This document shows, piece after piece, positions 36,720 to 49,111 of a stretch of DNA of 64,000 nucleotides; positions within the stretch are counted from its first letter, which is position 1; every line of letters starts with the position of its first letter. Below the pieces are notes generated by a model. That model was not told the origin of the DNA, did not search any database, and saw only the letters and a program-made list of their open reading frames with translations. The stretch is from positions 78,988,001-79,052,000 of the forward strand of contig CM060731.1 in NCBI GenBank assembly GCA_030704615.1. Reading direction: 5' to 3'. The position numbers were made by a program, and so were the translations under genes. Source of the stretch: Takakia lepidozioides. Taxonomy: Eukaryota; Plantae; Bryophyta.

Positions 36720-37560
36720 TATTGTGTGCTCATCATAGTCTTTGTATAGGTGAATGTGGGTTTACCGTTTGAGCAATTATGGGTTGTCCATTGAACAAAA
36801 TCAATATACACATATGCGATCAGAACTATCCTTATTTCTATAAATCTCAATCTATATATGAGAGCTCCATGTAACCTCCAAAGGCCTTGCATGGACTTGA
36901 CAATGGTAGTGCCCTTTGTATATATATTGCCAATGAGCATGATCAAATTTTGCAAATATCCAAGATCAAACATAATAGCTAGCATGCAGGCAAGATCAAT
37001 GGACCCAAATGCATTCTTAAAAGCAATGTATAATGTTAAGTATAAGTCTTCATGAATGAAACGTGCATCTTCTAGGGCAGAGATAATGAGCTGGTTTTGT
37101 CGAGTTGTGTTTGTTGCAGTTCTAAATTTCTCCTGCGAGTCAATGAAGATTTGGTGTTGTTCTCCAAATGATGTGAGGAGGGTGTTGAGGGTGCCGGGAA
37201 ATAATATATAGGATATTGGCGAGAGCTATAGGCCTGCAATTGCCTTATTGGGTAGGTCATATTTTTTGTAATGAATATGAAACGACAATTTTTCTAGCAT
37301 TTGGGTATTTAATGGAGTTGATAGCACATTATAAAGAAGTGATGCTGGTGTGGGTCTAATGCTTTGAGTATTTCATTAGCTATGTTGTACGGGCCTGACG
37401 TGTTGGAGTTGGAGAGGGATTTGAGGCATGAGCGATAGATCTCTACGGTGAGGTATGTGCTAAAGTTGATTTGTAGGAGTCATCTTTGTTCAAGTTTGAA
37501 TCCATCTATATCAAGCCAAGGTAGTGTTTGGCTTGACATGTACTACCACCATATTTTTCT
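36720..37560 (-). mobile_element. Degenerate LINE RT fragment
   Basis: Minus-strand NCRPIALANILY (~37240-37205) and YIAFKNAFGSIDLACMLAIMFDLGY (~37030-36955), broken by frameshifts. Confidence 0.75.
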
Positions 37561-38037
37561 GGAAGACTCGGTAATCAAAGGAAGGTTCATCCGATCCAGT
37601 TGGATCGCATAACTCACTTCATATCACCAAACCCTAAATTCACTTGATATCAAACAAACTATATCTTTATTTTTTGTAGAGAAACACTAGTAATTTCCAC
37701 TAAGTTATAAAATCTTAATATGCACTTTGGCGATTGAATATTTTAAGCTAGTTTCTTTTGGAAACTAGCTTTGGAAACAATGGAATAATGTAAGAACTTA
37801 ATACATGAGTACAATCTGATTGTACTTTTGTCTTGGGACAGTGTACACTCCTCCGTCGGGCCCTATTGTGATCCAATCTTCCCCACCCCATTTTAACTAT
37901 TTTAGAATTGGTAAGGTGATGGGGTGAGATGCAAGGTTTGGATGTCTTTATCACCCGGTCAGTGTGGCTTGTATCATCCCGATCTATGTCACTTCTTTGT
38001 CTGGTGTAACTTCCTCCTAGTATATATTATACTTCCA

Positions 38038-38500
38038 AGTCAAATTTCATGATACCAAGTGAGAATTATGTTATGGTTTTAGTCATGGTTAACTAGAATT
38101 ACCTACTTCTAGTTAACTACGATATTTTGGATATTTATTTGTATTTTGTATGTTGGGACTTCATTTGGTCTCATATGCCAAGTGCGGTGTCAAGCCTCAC
38201 TTGGGACACGGGGATAGGTTTTTCCCCTTGTGAGGGTTGAGGAGGCTCATCTTCTATTTCAAAGGCTATGCTCGCTGCATTGAGCTCTCACTAGTCATGG
38301 TGGTGGAGTTGTGGCAACATTTTGTTTACTCTCACGAAGCCAAACGTGTCCCATATGTGTTTCAACGTGTTTCGGATATTGGGTTCGTCGCGGGGGAAGT
38401 AGATTTTCATCAAGCATGATTTTCTAGGATTGTGTGCTTGGATTGTGTGTAGACAGCGATGTGTGTTGTGGCACGATGCTTGGGTGCAGTGTGCACGACA
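38038..38500 (+). mobile_element. Possible solo terminal repeat (A+B-like) of a related retroelement family
   Basis: Ends gacagcgatgtgtgttgtg...gcacgaCA, like repeat B; patchy similarity to repeat A (ccaagtg, aggctcatctt). Left boundary uncertain. Confidence 0.4.
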
Positions 38501-38569
38501 GTTACAATAATTGGAGTTCCACTGATCCCTTCCGTGTCACCTCGGATAATCACTGTCGTTTTACATTAA

Positions 38570-41500
38570 TACTAGGGTAGCCTATGCCGCTGGCCCAAGT
38601 GTCCAATGTCATCTAAGTCCAAGTGCAATCCTCCATGTATCCAAGTGCGTATCCTATGTCGAGGCCCAAATGCGACCTCTAGGGTAGCATGTGCAGTGGG
38701 CCCAAGTGTCAAGTATCATCTAAGTCCAAGTGTAGGATCTTTTTATGTATCCCAGTGCGTCTCCTATGTCAAAACCCAAGTGCAACCTCTAGGATAGCCT
38801 GTATCTTTGGCCCATGTGTGAAGAATTGAAAATCTAAACCAAGTGCAATTTCTTATGTATCCAATGCGTCTTCTATATGGAGGCCCAAATACGACCTCTA
38901 GTGTAGCCTATGCCGGGGTGAAAGCAGACTACGGTGTCTATATTTTTGTGTCACAACAGTGTTTTACATGACATAGTTTGATTCAATTGTACCTTAGAGA
39001 CAAATTTTTATTACAATGATGAAATGGGACTCACTCTTATGTTTCCAACTACTACAAGATATAATCTTTAAATTCTCACCAAGACATGAAGAGGATTTGT
39101 CAAAGTAATGGACTTTAGAAAATTGCACACGCAGTGTCACACTCCATAAAAAGACTTCTTATGGACTTTTTGCACTCACTATAGAAAACAAATATGATAA
39201 AAAGGACTCATATTAGTATTTCTCTACTCTTTAAGATAATAAAGTCATATGGAAAATATCAAAAAAATGAAATTTCTTATTTTCTATATATTATTGTGAG
39301 CCTCGAAAAACTGATTTTTGCCAAAGTACATGAATGCATGAAAACAAAGTAAAACAATGGACTTGCTTCATTAAAAGATACATTTCATGTAAATGAAGAG
39401 TAGCCCCAGTCCCACTATACGATATAACGAGAATATAAAATATAAATAATAAAAATAATAAAAATAATAGCTTGTACTAGGAAAAATAGAAATAATGCCA
39501 TAGTGTCTGTTACTGTCAACTTTAGATGGTTCATATCTCTTAGCATAGATGAATCTAGCGATTACAATTTTTTCATAATCATCAAATCAAAACTCTGGAA
39601 AACCTTGGGACTTCTTGTGTAGGCCACACAGCGGACTTTTTCTAGCCACCTTAGCTTGCTTTCACCCGCCGCTGGCCCATGTGTGAAGAATTAAAATCTA
39701 AGTCCAAGTGCAATCTCCTATGTATCCAAGTGCGTCTCCTATTCGAGGCCCAAATGGACCTCTAGGGTAGCCTGTGTCGTTGCCCCAAGTGTCCAATGTC
39801 ATCTAAGTCATCTAAGTATAATCATTACTTTCCCTCAGAGCCTACGACCAGATTTGAACCGTCCCTTGATATCTCTCCCGTCGAGGCTCCAACCATTGTC
39901 CCATGAATGCCCACTTTGCCTTTTTGCTATTTTTTGTGAATTTCCAATGACCAAAAGTACTTGGAATTCCACATCTTCCACATCGCAGGTCCAAAAATCA
40001 TGAGACCAAGCCCGTGCACCCCTCCTCGTCGAGGGCTTTCCAACGGTACCAAGCACCAGGGCTGGGGCCTTGCGGTTTGGGACATCTCAACGTGACAAAA
40101 CAAAACAAAACAAAACAAACTGGCTTCCTTCATATATTGACTAGGGTAGCCTGTGCCGCTGGCCCAAGTGTCAAGTGTCATCTAAGCCCAAGTGCAATCT
40201 CCTATGTATCCAAGCGTCTCCTATGTCGAGGCCCAAGTGCGACCTCTAGGGTAGTCTGTGTCGTTGGCCCATGTCTGAAGAATTGAAATCTAAGACCAAG
40301 TGTTCATATGTATCCCAGTGCATCTCCTATGTTGAGGCCCATCTAAGCCCAAGTGCAATCTCCTATGTATCCAAGGGCATCTCCCATGTGCGTCTCCCAT
40401 GTCGAGGCCCATGTAAGCCTAGTGTGCAATCTCCTATGTATCCAAGTACGTCTCCCATGTCAAGGCCCGATTAATTTTTTTCCATGAATTTCATTGAGTA
40501 GTAATATATCCAAGTTGGCCCAAGTATCCACTATCATCTAAGCCGAAGTGTCCAGGTGTAAGATCTTCTATGTATCCCAGTGCATCTCTTATGTCGAGGC
40601 CCAAGTGCGACCTCTAGTGGAGCCTATGCCGTTTGGCCCATATGTGAAGAATTGAAATCTAAGACCAAGTGTAATTTCCTATGTATCCAAGTGCATCTCC
40701 TATGTCGAGGCCCATCTAAGCCCAAATGCAATCTTCTATTCATGTATCCAAGTGATCTCCCATGTAGAGCCCCAATTGTCCATTGTCATCTAAGCCCAAG
40801 TCCAATCTCCTATGTATCCAAGTGTGTCCAATGTCATCTAAGTCCAAGTGCAATCCCCTATTATCAAAGGGCGTCTCCTATGTCGAGGCCCAAATGCAAC
40901 CTCTAGGGTAGCCTTTGCCGTTGGCCCAAGTGTCCAGAGTCATGTAAGCCCAAGTGCAATCTCCTATGCATTCAAGTGCATCTCCTATGTTCAATCCCCT
41001 ATGTATCAAAGTGCGTCTCCTATGGTGAGGCCCAAATGCAACCTCCAGGGTTAATTGGTCACGTTGAGACGTCCCAAATTGCAAGGCCCCAGCCCTCGTG
41101 TTTGGTACCGTTGGAAAGCCCTCGACGAGGAGGGGTGCACGGGCTTGGTCTCATGACTTTTGGACCTGTTGTGTGGGAGATGTGGAATTCCAAGTACTTT
41201 TGGTCGCTGGAAATTCACAAAAAATAGCAAAAATGGCAAAGTGGGCATTCCTGGGACAATGGTTGGAGCCTCGATGGGAGAGATATCAAGGGAAAGGTCT
41301 CTGGTTCAAATCTGGTCAAACAAAACAAAACAATATATGAAGGAAGCCAGTGCCATATGTGAAGAATTGAAATCTAAGACCAAGTGTAATTTCCTATGTA
41401 TCCAAGTGCATCTCCTATGTCGAGGCCCAAATGCAACCTTTAGGATAGCCTTTGCCGTTGGCCCAAGTATCCAGGGTCATGTAAGCCCAAGTGCAATCTC

Positions 41501-41714
41501 CTATGTATGCAAGTGGGTCTCCTATGTCGAGGCCCAAGTGCGACCTTTAGGGTGGCCTCTGCCGTTGGCCCAAGTGTCCCAAGTGTCAACTAAGTGTAAT
41601 CCCTTACGTATCCAAGTGAGTCTCCTATGTCGAGGCCCATCTAAGCCCAGTGCAATCTCCTATGTATATCCAATCATTATTGATATTTCCCGTCTCTAGG
41701 GCCCATCTAAGTCC
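38570..41714. repeat. Large block of the modular A/B repeat
   Basis: Module A runs with module B at ~39840-40135 (inverted) and ~41060-41320. Confidence 0.9.
38916..39667. mobile_element. Non-autonomous TIR element (752 bp) with 4-bp TSD, possibly Sola-like
   Basis: TIR GGGTGAAAGCA/TGCTTTCACCC (imperfect to ~25 bp); TSD GCCG at 38912-38915 and 39668-39671; the empty site ctatgccgctggccc is present at 38582. Confidence 0.85.
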
Positions 41715-42701
41715 ACGGGCTGTGGCCTTTGGGGCTGTGACCCCTGTGACCTGTGTCGGGCTGTGACAGGCTGTGCCCTGTGGCCTATGTGGTGAGGGGC
41801 TGTGATAGGCTGTGGCCTTTGCGGCTGTGACCCTGTGACCTTTGTAGGGCTGTGACAGGCTGTGCCTGTGGCCTTTGGGGTTGTGATGGGGTGTGATAGG
41901 CTGTGACATGTGGCCTTTGGGGCTGTGACCCTGTGACCTGTGTAGGGCTGTGACAGGCTGTGGCCTGTGAGCTGTGTGGGCTTGTGCTGGTCTGTCGTGG
42001 CCAGTGTTGACCTGTGGGTGGCCCGTGTTGACTCGTGGAGGCACTGGTGGACTGCCTAAGGACTGGCATGTGGTCTGGAAGGCCGAATTTTGAAGCTCGT
42101 GGAGGGCGGTTTGAGGAGTATCTTCATGATATTCCCATGGTCATGCAAGTGAGGGAAGAGAGGAGAGGAAGAGTGTTGGGATGAGGGCATGTTGGGGTTA
42201 GGCATTGCTTTAGCTTCTCTTCCTCGTAGTTTCCACCCTCTCATTAGGCCAAGACCTTTCCGTAGGTGGAGGCAAGAGTCAGTCCGGGTTTGGGCTGGGG
42301 TGTCCTTGCAGGAGCAACACCGTGGAGTTGTTTTTGGTGTGGGGGAGTTGTCGTTCTGATTTCTTGTGTTTGGATCCCCTCCATACCTGCATGCTTGACT
42401 GTGCGCCATGCTAGTTTTGTGTGGGCGCTTGTTTTTATAGGTGATTGGTCCGGATTTGATCACCGGCCAGTCCTAGAGCATGCTGTCGATGGTGAGGCTG
42501 GGGTGATGACCAGCCAGACCATCATTGTTTCTCCTATGGTGAGGTTGGAGGTGATGACCAGCCAACCATAGGAGTGCTTGCGGTGGATGCAGGTACAGGT
42601 GTAGGCTATGTTAGGAACTTAGTATTCCAAACCATAAGCCGCAACAGGTTCTCTACCCGGTTACCTTGTGGAGAGGGGTTTAGGGACATGTTCATGACCG
42701 G

Positions 42702-45619
42702 TTGAATGTCAACACGGAGGTGCCACTAGTTGCTGGGGACAGTGCCGGTTCGAGCACTAGCGATACTAGTGGGTACACGAGACGAGGTGTGCGGTTTAGG
42801 CCACCTTCACCTCCTGTGTCTTCCACGGAAGGTTCTGATTCGGATTGTGAATCAGGAGGACTCATACCGGCAGTGCAAGTTGTTTCTTTGCCATTGTTGT
42901 GGGACACAATAGAGGAGATGTATGGAGCTACCAAGGGGCCACGAAGGTACTCTGGGGCGGTGGGCACCATCGGGTTGGATAATTTTATCCAAGAGTTTGA
43001 TAGTTGGTGTGATTTGCAGCAAATGCGCAATCCACAACTATTTACGCCGTTCATGGCATGGAAAGGGCTGTTTCAGCACCTTGAAGGGCCGCCTATGGAT
43101 GATTACCATGAGTTCAGGCGGGGGCATGAGGTTGAGATCGAGGAGTGGAGGATGTACTGGTCACCCGACTATGTCTCCATCACTACGGGCACTAGAGCCA
43201 CGAGGGCAGTGGCTACACCTGCCGCTGCACCGGCAGCTTCAGCAAGTAGCAGTGGAACTAGTGGGACTGGTGGTACAGTAGCTACGACGTCCACCCAAGC
43301 CACTACCGCACCAGCACTAGCACCCGTGCCTGCCTTCAACCCTGTTGTGGAGTTCTTCGAAGAGTTGAGAGGGAAGTACCAAGGGGTGAGGACAGAGAAG
43401 TTGCGGAGCTTGCAAGAGTTCCAACGGAAGCCGACCGAGAGCTTGAGGGAGGCTTTCACTCGCATGAGGCGCTTGATAAATGTAACCCAAGGGGTTACGG
43501 AAGCTCAGGCAGTCCAATTCTGGTATGGGATATTGGACAAGGAGCTGAGGAGAAGGGTGCGGGATGCAACTCTCCTACAAGCGCCCAACCCACCTTAGCA
43601 AATGTGTTTTTGCTGGCAGAGCGGATAGAGCTCAACATGGTGGAGGAACGAGTGGTCATGGTGGGATTTGCTAAGGAGACACCACGGGGTAGTGGTGCTC
43701 CTAGCCAACCACTACCTCAACGTGCTCAAGGCAACAAGGGGGCTCAGGTGAAGCTCAGGGAAGGGCAGAGAGGACCTCAGATGCAGGGGTCTCTCCCTTC
43801 ATTTGCTGGCCAACAACGGGCGGATGTGGTGTGCTGGACATGTGGAGGACCCCATGTCAAGAAGGATTGCCCAGAGGCAGGCAAAGGGTCGGCATATGCA
43901 CAGCCTGCACAGTTGCAGTGTGGGCATTGTGGCAAGCACAGGCATGGAGAGGCCCAGTGTTATGGTTTGCATCCTGAGTTGCGCCCAGGCCAGTTCCAAG
44001 GGAACAATGGTGGCCGGGGGCGAGGTGGAGCAGCCCAAAGAGGACGAGGTGGCCAGCCACAAGGTGTAGGCCACGGGCAAGCTCAATGTGGCCAAGGACG
44101 CGGAGGTCAGGGTGTTAACCAAGGCATGGCCAACCGGCTTCAGCAGCTAGAGCGGAGGCTCGCTGCCATGGCTACAGCTCAGGTGGTACCGGCTCTAAGG
44201 CCGGATGGTCCACCTCCTGCTCCTGAGGGAGGAGATATGGGAGGCATGGGATTCATGTGTGGAGCAGCACTACCACTAGTGCAGGTGGAGTCTGCTGCAG
44301 CCGTGACTCGAGGAGCAGCACGAGTTCCTGAGCCACGAGGTGCAGAGGTGGAGTTGGATCCACAGCGTGGGGAGGCAAGCCGTCAGGCTAGGCTTCCTCA
44401 GTCATTCACATTGGCGGAGACAGTGTCGACGCCATCCATGGCACCTAGTTCTCGCCCGACGGTTACCGAGGCGGAGGTTACTATGCCATTGGGGAGAGCT
44501 ACACGGGTAGCACCACTACCTAGTGTTGCCAAGGCTGCGGCAGCTAGTTTGCTGCTAGGAGTGGCCACATCTGTGTGCCAGGCTCCATTGTTCTCGGCTA
44601 CCATGATTGCGACGCCGGGGGTAAAACCAGCTGAGGTGTTCAGGCTGGCAGCTACACTCTGTGAGAGTGGGGAGGTTACTTCATCTTCTGCGGAGATAGT
44701 GGGAGGTGTAGTGCCGGAGGGATCCTCGGATTTGAGGGTCAAGACTGCCACGGCGGCGCCATGGCAAGCTGCAGCTGCCAGGTTGATGGAGCTGCCAGCT
44801 AGGCCAGCCATTGAGCGCGCCATGGTGACACCTGGAGTTGTCATGTTAGACAACCAGGATGGCATTTTCTGTTTGAGTGGACCGGCAGGCAAGAGGTACC
44901 GGCCACTGCGGGTCTTGTTGGACTCGGGAGCTCAGCCATTGATGCTGGGCAGAGCTGCTATTGCAGGCTTGGGCCTCACGGAGGCGGATATGGATCCTTG
45001 TCCTTTCCAGATACAGACGTCTCTGGGAGGATCGGAGCAGGCTCGGGGCATGTCACGGCGTGAGTTGGCTATCAGACTACGGCCGGATCACCCTATAGAT
45101 GGCTCAGTGATGCGAGCCAAGGCCATTGTGACAGACGTAGTCTCATACGATGTCCTGGTTGGTGGGGCAGTGTTGTACCCCATGGGCTTCACCCTGGATT
45201 TTTGGGAGGAGTCAGCTTCCTATAGGCCTGCATGGCAGTCAGGGGAGGGCCGGCGTGTGCAGCTCCCTGTGACGTTCATAGGAAGAGTTGCGGTTGCCCA
45301 GCGAGGCAAGATGCCGACACTAGCAACATTCACAGCGGCAGTGAGTTGGCCTAGAGAGTTGCTTGAGGGCAATGCTCATTCAGAGGATGTACCACCTCCG
45401 GGAGAGCAGGATGACATGTATGGTATGGCGGAGTTGCCTACCATGATTGCTCAGACTCCATTGTGGGGCACGAGCAAGGATTTGCAGCGGGATGCTGATC
45501 GACGGGTGCAACAAGCCTGGGTGGAGGCTTTTGTACCGTCAGGAGAGGAGGAGAGTGCGGGGATTGCACCAGGACCACCTCAATTGTCTCCATTGGACAC
45601 CACACCTATTGTGTGGTAG
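42702..45619 (+). pseudogene. Gag (two zinc knuckles) and aspartic protease
   Basis: FQRKPTESLREAFTRM gag motif; CWTCGGPHVKKDC and CGHCGKHRHGEAQC; VLLDSGA and YDVLVG protease motifs. Frameshift ~43590; in-frame TAG at 45617. Confidence 0.9.
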
Positions 45620-46345
45620 TATCCAGATGAAGGCATTTGTCTTCTGGACTTGTTTGGCGGGATCAGCACCGGATTGGCTGCTGTGTTACAAGCAGGTGTA
45701 CGAGTTTGGCGTTACCTGTATGTGGAGAGGGATGAGACTGCACAACACGTTTCACTTCGCCATGTTGCTCAGTTGGTGCAGCGGTACCCTGAGTTGTTGT
45801 CGGTGTCTGCAATTCGTGGATATCAGCAGGCCTTGCCAGCAGACATTTTGTTGCTGGGGGCGCAAGATTTGGAGCGGGTTGGCTCCATTGATCTGGTAGT
45901 GGCAGGTTGGCCCTGCCAAGGGCATTCATCAGCCGGGCATGGCAATGGATTGCGAGACTCGAGGTCGGGTCTGTTTTGGGAGATGGTGCGGGTTTTGCGC
46001 CACTTGCAGCTTCATCAAGCTGTATCTCCAGCATATATCTTGGAGAATGTGCCACTAATGGGCGATTCTCGGGCCAGGGTGATGGCCAGTGTGCATCAAG
46101 TCCGGTCGTGGCTTGGGTCAGCGTGTTGCTAGATGCAGCTACAGTGGGGTCACGGGCTCATCGTCCACGGCTATGGTGGACTAACTTGATGCCACCCGCA
46201 CTGCTCAAGTGTGCATTTGATGGGGTGCAGCGGCCAGCACATCTCACAGTGGATAACATTCTGGACACAGGGAGGCAGTCTCAGCGTGTGAGACACGATG
46301 ACCGTTCGCCTTTGGCAGTGGTCAACAAGGTGGGTCAACCACTCC
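45620..46345 (+). pseudogene. C5-cytosine DNA methyltransferase domain within the pol frame (C-terminally truncated)
   Basis: Motif I LDLFGG (45644), motif IV GWPCQG (PCQ 45911-45919), motif VI ENV (46043), motif VIII HRPRLWW (~46160). 1-bp frameshift ~46122; motifs IX-X absent. Confidence 0.93.
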
Positions 46346-49110
46346 TTTCAGCAGAGACGTACAAGAAGTGCGAAAGCTCCAAGACATCGGAAACGTGGTA
46401 CTCGTTGACACGTGAGGCTTTCATGGAGTACATGTACACGGTGAGATACATCTTCCTTCATCTGCCCTTTCCACATTCCTGCTTCCACATGTTTGTTTCT
46501 GTTTGTTTTCCTTGCCCTTGGGTTGATGCAACTCTCGTGCATTCCCTTGCAGCAAGACATTGCAGATGCAGGGGAGCGTGGCAAACTGGAATACTATAGG
46601 TCAACCCCTGAGGAGAGAAGGACAGCAAAGGGGGTTGAGACTCACATCCAAAAAGAGATGACCGCTACAAAAATGACTATAATGAGTGCTTTTGTGAAGC
46701 AGTTGAGAATTGCCGACCCATCATTCGGATCACAGTTTCTCTTGGAGATAAAAAACCATTATAACAAGCCAGGCAAGCCAGAGATGGCCCAGGAGAAGTT
46801 ACACAGGTTGTCTACCGCCGTTGTGTCTTCAGAACAGAAGGTGAAGTGGCTACAGATATGGAACTCCAATCCCACAGTTAGGGATACCCACATGTTCCCC
46901 AGGCCGGAGAAAGAGAAGAAGACCCAGCGTGTCATTCCAGTCAGTGACAATGTGCTGGACACGTGGCTTCACAAGGCCACTTACTGGAGCCAGGTGTGAT
47001 GTCCTTTCCTGTGTCACTTTCTTTTCTCTTTTCCTGTCCTTCTCTTTCCATTGCCTCTCACATTCGCTGTGATTTTTTTTGGGTTCATTCTTGCATTTGA
47101 ATTGTTTTGCAGTTGGAAGAAAGGGCACGGTCGGTTCTGCATACTCAGCTGGCTGACTATGGCATCACTATGACAGCACCAAAGGTCTCCTTCGAAGCAT
47201 ACATGAGGAAATGGAGAGCCACAGTGTGGCACTCTTGTTTCTTTAGAGAGTTCAGCAAGGAGGGTGGCATCAGTCGAACACATGACCTTGACCAGCAAGA
47301 AAAAGGAGATGAAGCCTGGAAATGATGCCTTTACAGGTGCACACCCTGGGCCGTTCAGGCTACTTAGTGTGCTGTGGTTGCAATGTACTGTGACGCATAC
47401 AGTTTAAGGGGGTCTTCCTGGTGTGATGGAAAAGCTGAGAGACAATAATTGCATTGCATAATGAGGCTGTCTCTGTTCCTGCAGGTACATAAAGTTTGTT
47501 CTCATGGAAGAGAATTGCTTGGACAAACATCCAGATTTCGTGGACCTCTGGCTTGTCCCTGCTGGCAATCAGACCATGTTTACTACTGGGATCTTGCATG
47601 ACTGGGGCCCAGACCATCTTTCTTCTTGTGGTTGGTATTTGGATTGCCCTCCCTCTGAGACCCCAGCTCCGGAGGTGTCTTTGAGGAGAGAGAATGAGCG
47701 AATTGCAGCCACTGCCGCAGCAGCCGACCTCGACATTCATGAACGAAATTTGAGGACTCTTGCAGAGAAGGAGCCTCCCGCTCAGGATACCTCGGGTAGA
47801 GGTAGAAAGGCAAAGGGGAAAGATTTTGCTGGTGTTGTGGGGAAAGGAAGGGGTAGAGGGAAGGTGGCACAAGGGCAGGGAAGTGTTGCAGATATTGGCC
47901 CAGTGGTGCATGTCCAGCAGACTCCACCGCATGGTAGGGGATCCGTGAGAAAGAACAAGGGGGTGGTTGATCCCAAGGACCCGTACCATGCAGTGGAACA
48001 TCCGACGAGGGTCATTCGCCCTACCAGGTTGGAGATGGCCAACGTCGGATTCCTTGCAATGATGGAGTCCAAGAAATCTGATTACAAGGGCGAGCCATCA
48101 CCAGTGTGGGAGAGGATTGTAGAGTTCCTCGGCACGGTGCGTGTTCTCTTTTGCTTCTTCTCTGCAGTGGGCATGGATCGTTTCAATCCTCTTGAGTATT
48201 CCATTGTAATTTTGTTTGCAGGCTAAAATGACCAAATCCTGGGTGAACGGGAAGGAGAAGCAATATGCAGCCGAACTCATAATCTTGGACATCCCTGATG
48301 GGTTGGCAGTCCCGGATGTCCCTCCATCGGGTGCTTGTCCGGGTTGGAATGCTTTTGATGAGCGCTACTGGCGGTGGGTTTTCTCCTTTTGCAATTTTTT
48401 CCTATCCGATGCAGGTGTTTTGGTGCTCATACAGTCCGCCGACGTTCGCTGTCGCCGTGCACTTGCCAGCTATTTGAAAGCCTCGAGCATGAGAGTCCTG
48501 AAGACATGGAATTGTGTGAACAACATGTACCTTACGAAGGGGGATCGTCTGGGAGAGATGGTAAATTTTCCTTCTTCTTTCTCTTCTTGGTGGTTCTCGG
48601 ATGGAGTTGTGTAGGTCGCTCAAACTCGTATGTAGGGGCCTGATTTTTGAAGCTTCTTAGTTCCTTCTGGATGTGTTGTTCGCAGACTTGTTTGTTTGAA
48701 GCTGTTTGTCTCGTCCGAGTGCATCCACCAACGACTCCAGCCGGCATTTCGGAGTTCGCCATCACTCATGGGGGCAAGTTCATAGACGACAGGACAGATC
48801 CTCCAACGGATGACATGCACCACAACTACGTCGACAACAATGTCTGTTTGCGAAGGGGGAATGGGGTTCCTTGTAGAAGGGCGAGGGAGAGGAGCCCGGC
48901 TTTCATTCAAACGATTGTGGAGTGCTGCACCTACACAGACGCCAAAGTTCTGGATTTGTCAATGGGCACAGGTTCGTCTCTTCAACAATCGGATTTCATG
49001 AGGTTTGATTCAGCTTGCACTTTCAGTACTTCCCACCGTTCCATATGTGTCTTCAATGTCTGCTTCCTTCATTCTATTCCACTGCAGGTGCTTCGTACCA
49101 CGCTTGCTGT
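46346..49110 (+). pseudogene. Spliced gene fragment ending in a beta-class amino-(N4C/N6A) DNA methyltransferase-like domain, inserted in the retroelement
   Basis: GT-AG exons near 46346-46440, 46553-46993, 47112-47337, 47484-48136, 48222-48560, 48686-48971 and 49088-. Motif IV-like LIILDIPDG (48288), FLSDAGVLVL, RERSPAFIQTIVECCT, motif I VLDLSMGTG (48947). Confidence 0.72.
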
Positions 49111-49111
49111 G

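Noticed and set aside
39835-41699. Many short ORFs (LGTVGKPS.., HLSPSAISY..) here and in the other A/B blocks
   Set aside because: Recurrent translations of a non-coding repeat; frames are not conserved between copies.
45620-49110. Bacterial restriction-modification locus or contamination (two MTases side by side)
   Set aside because: One MTase is in a retroelement pol frame and the other has spliceosomal introns; no nuclease or operon structure.
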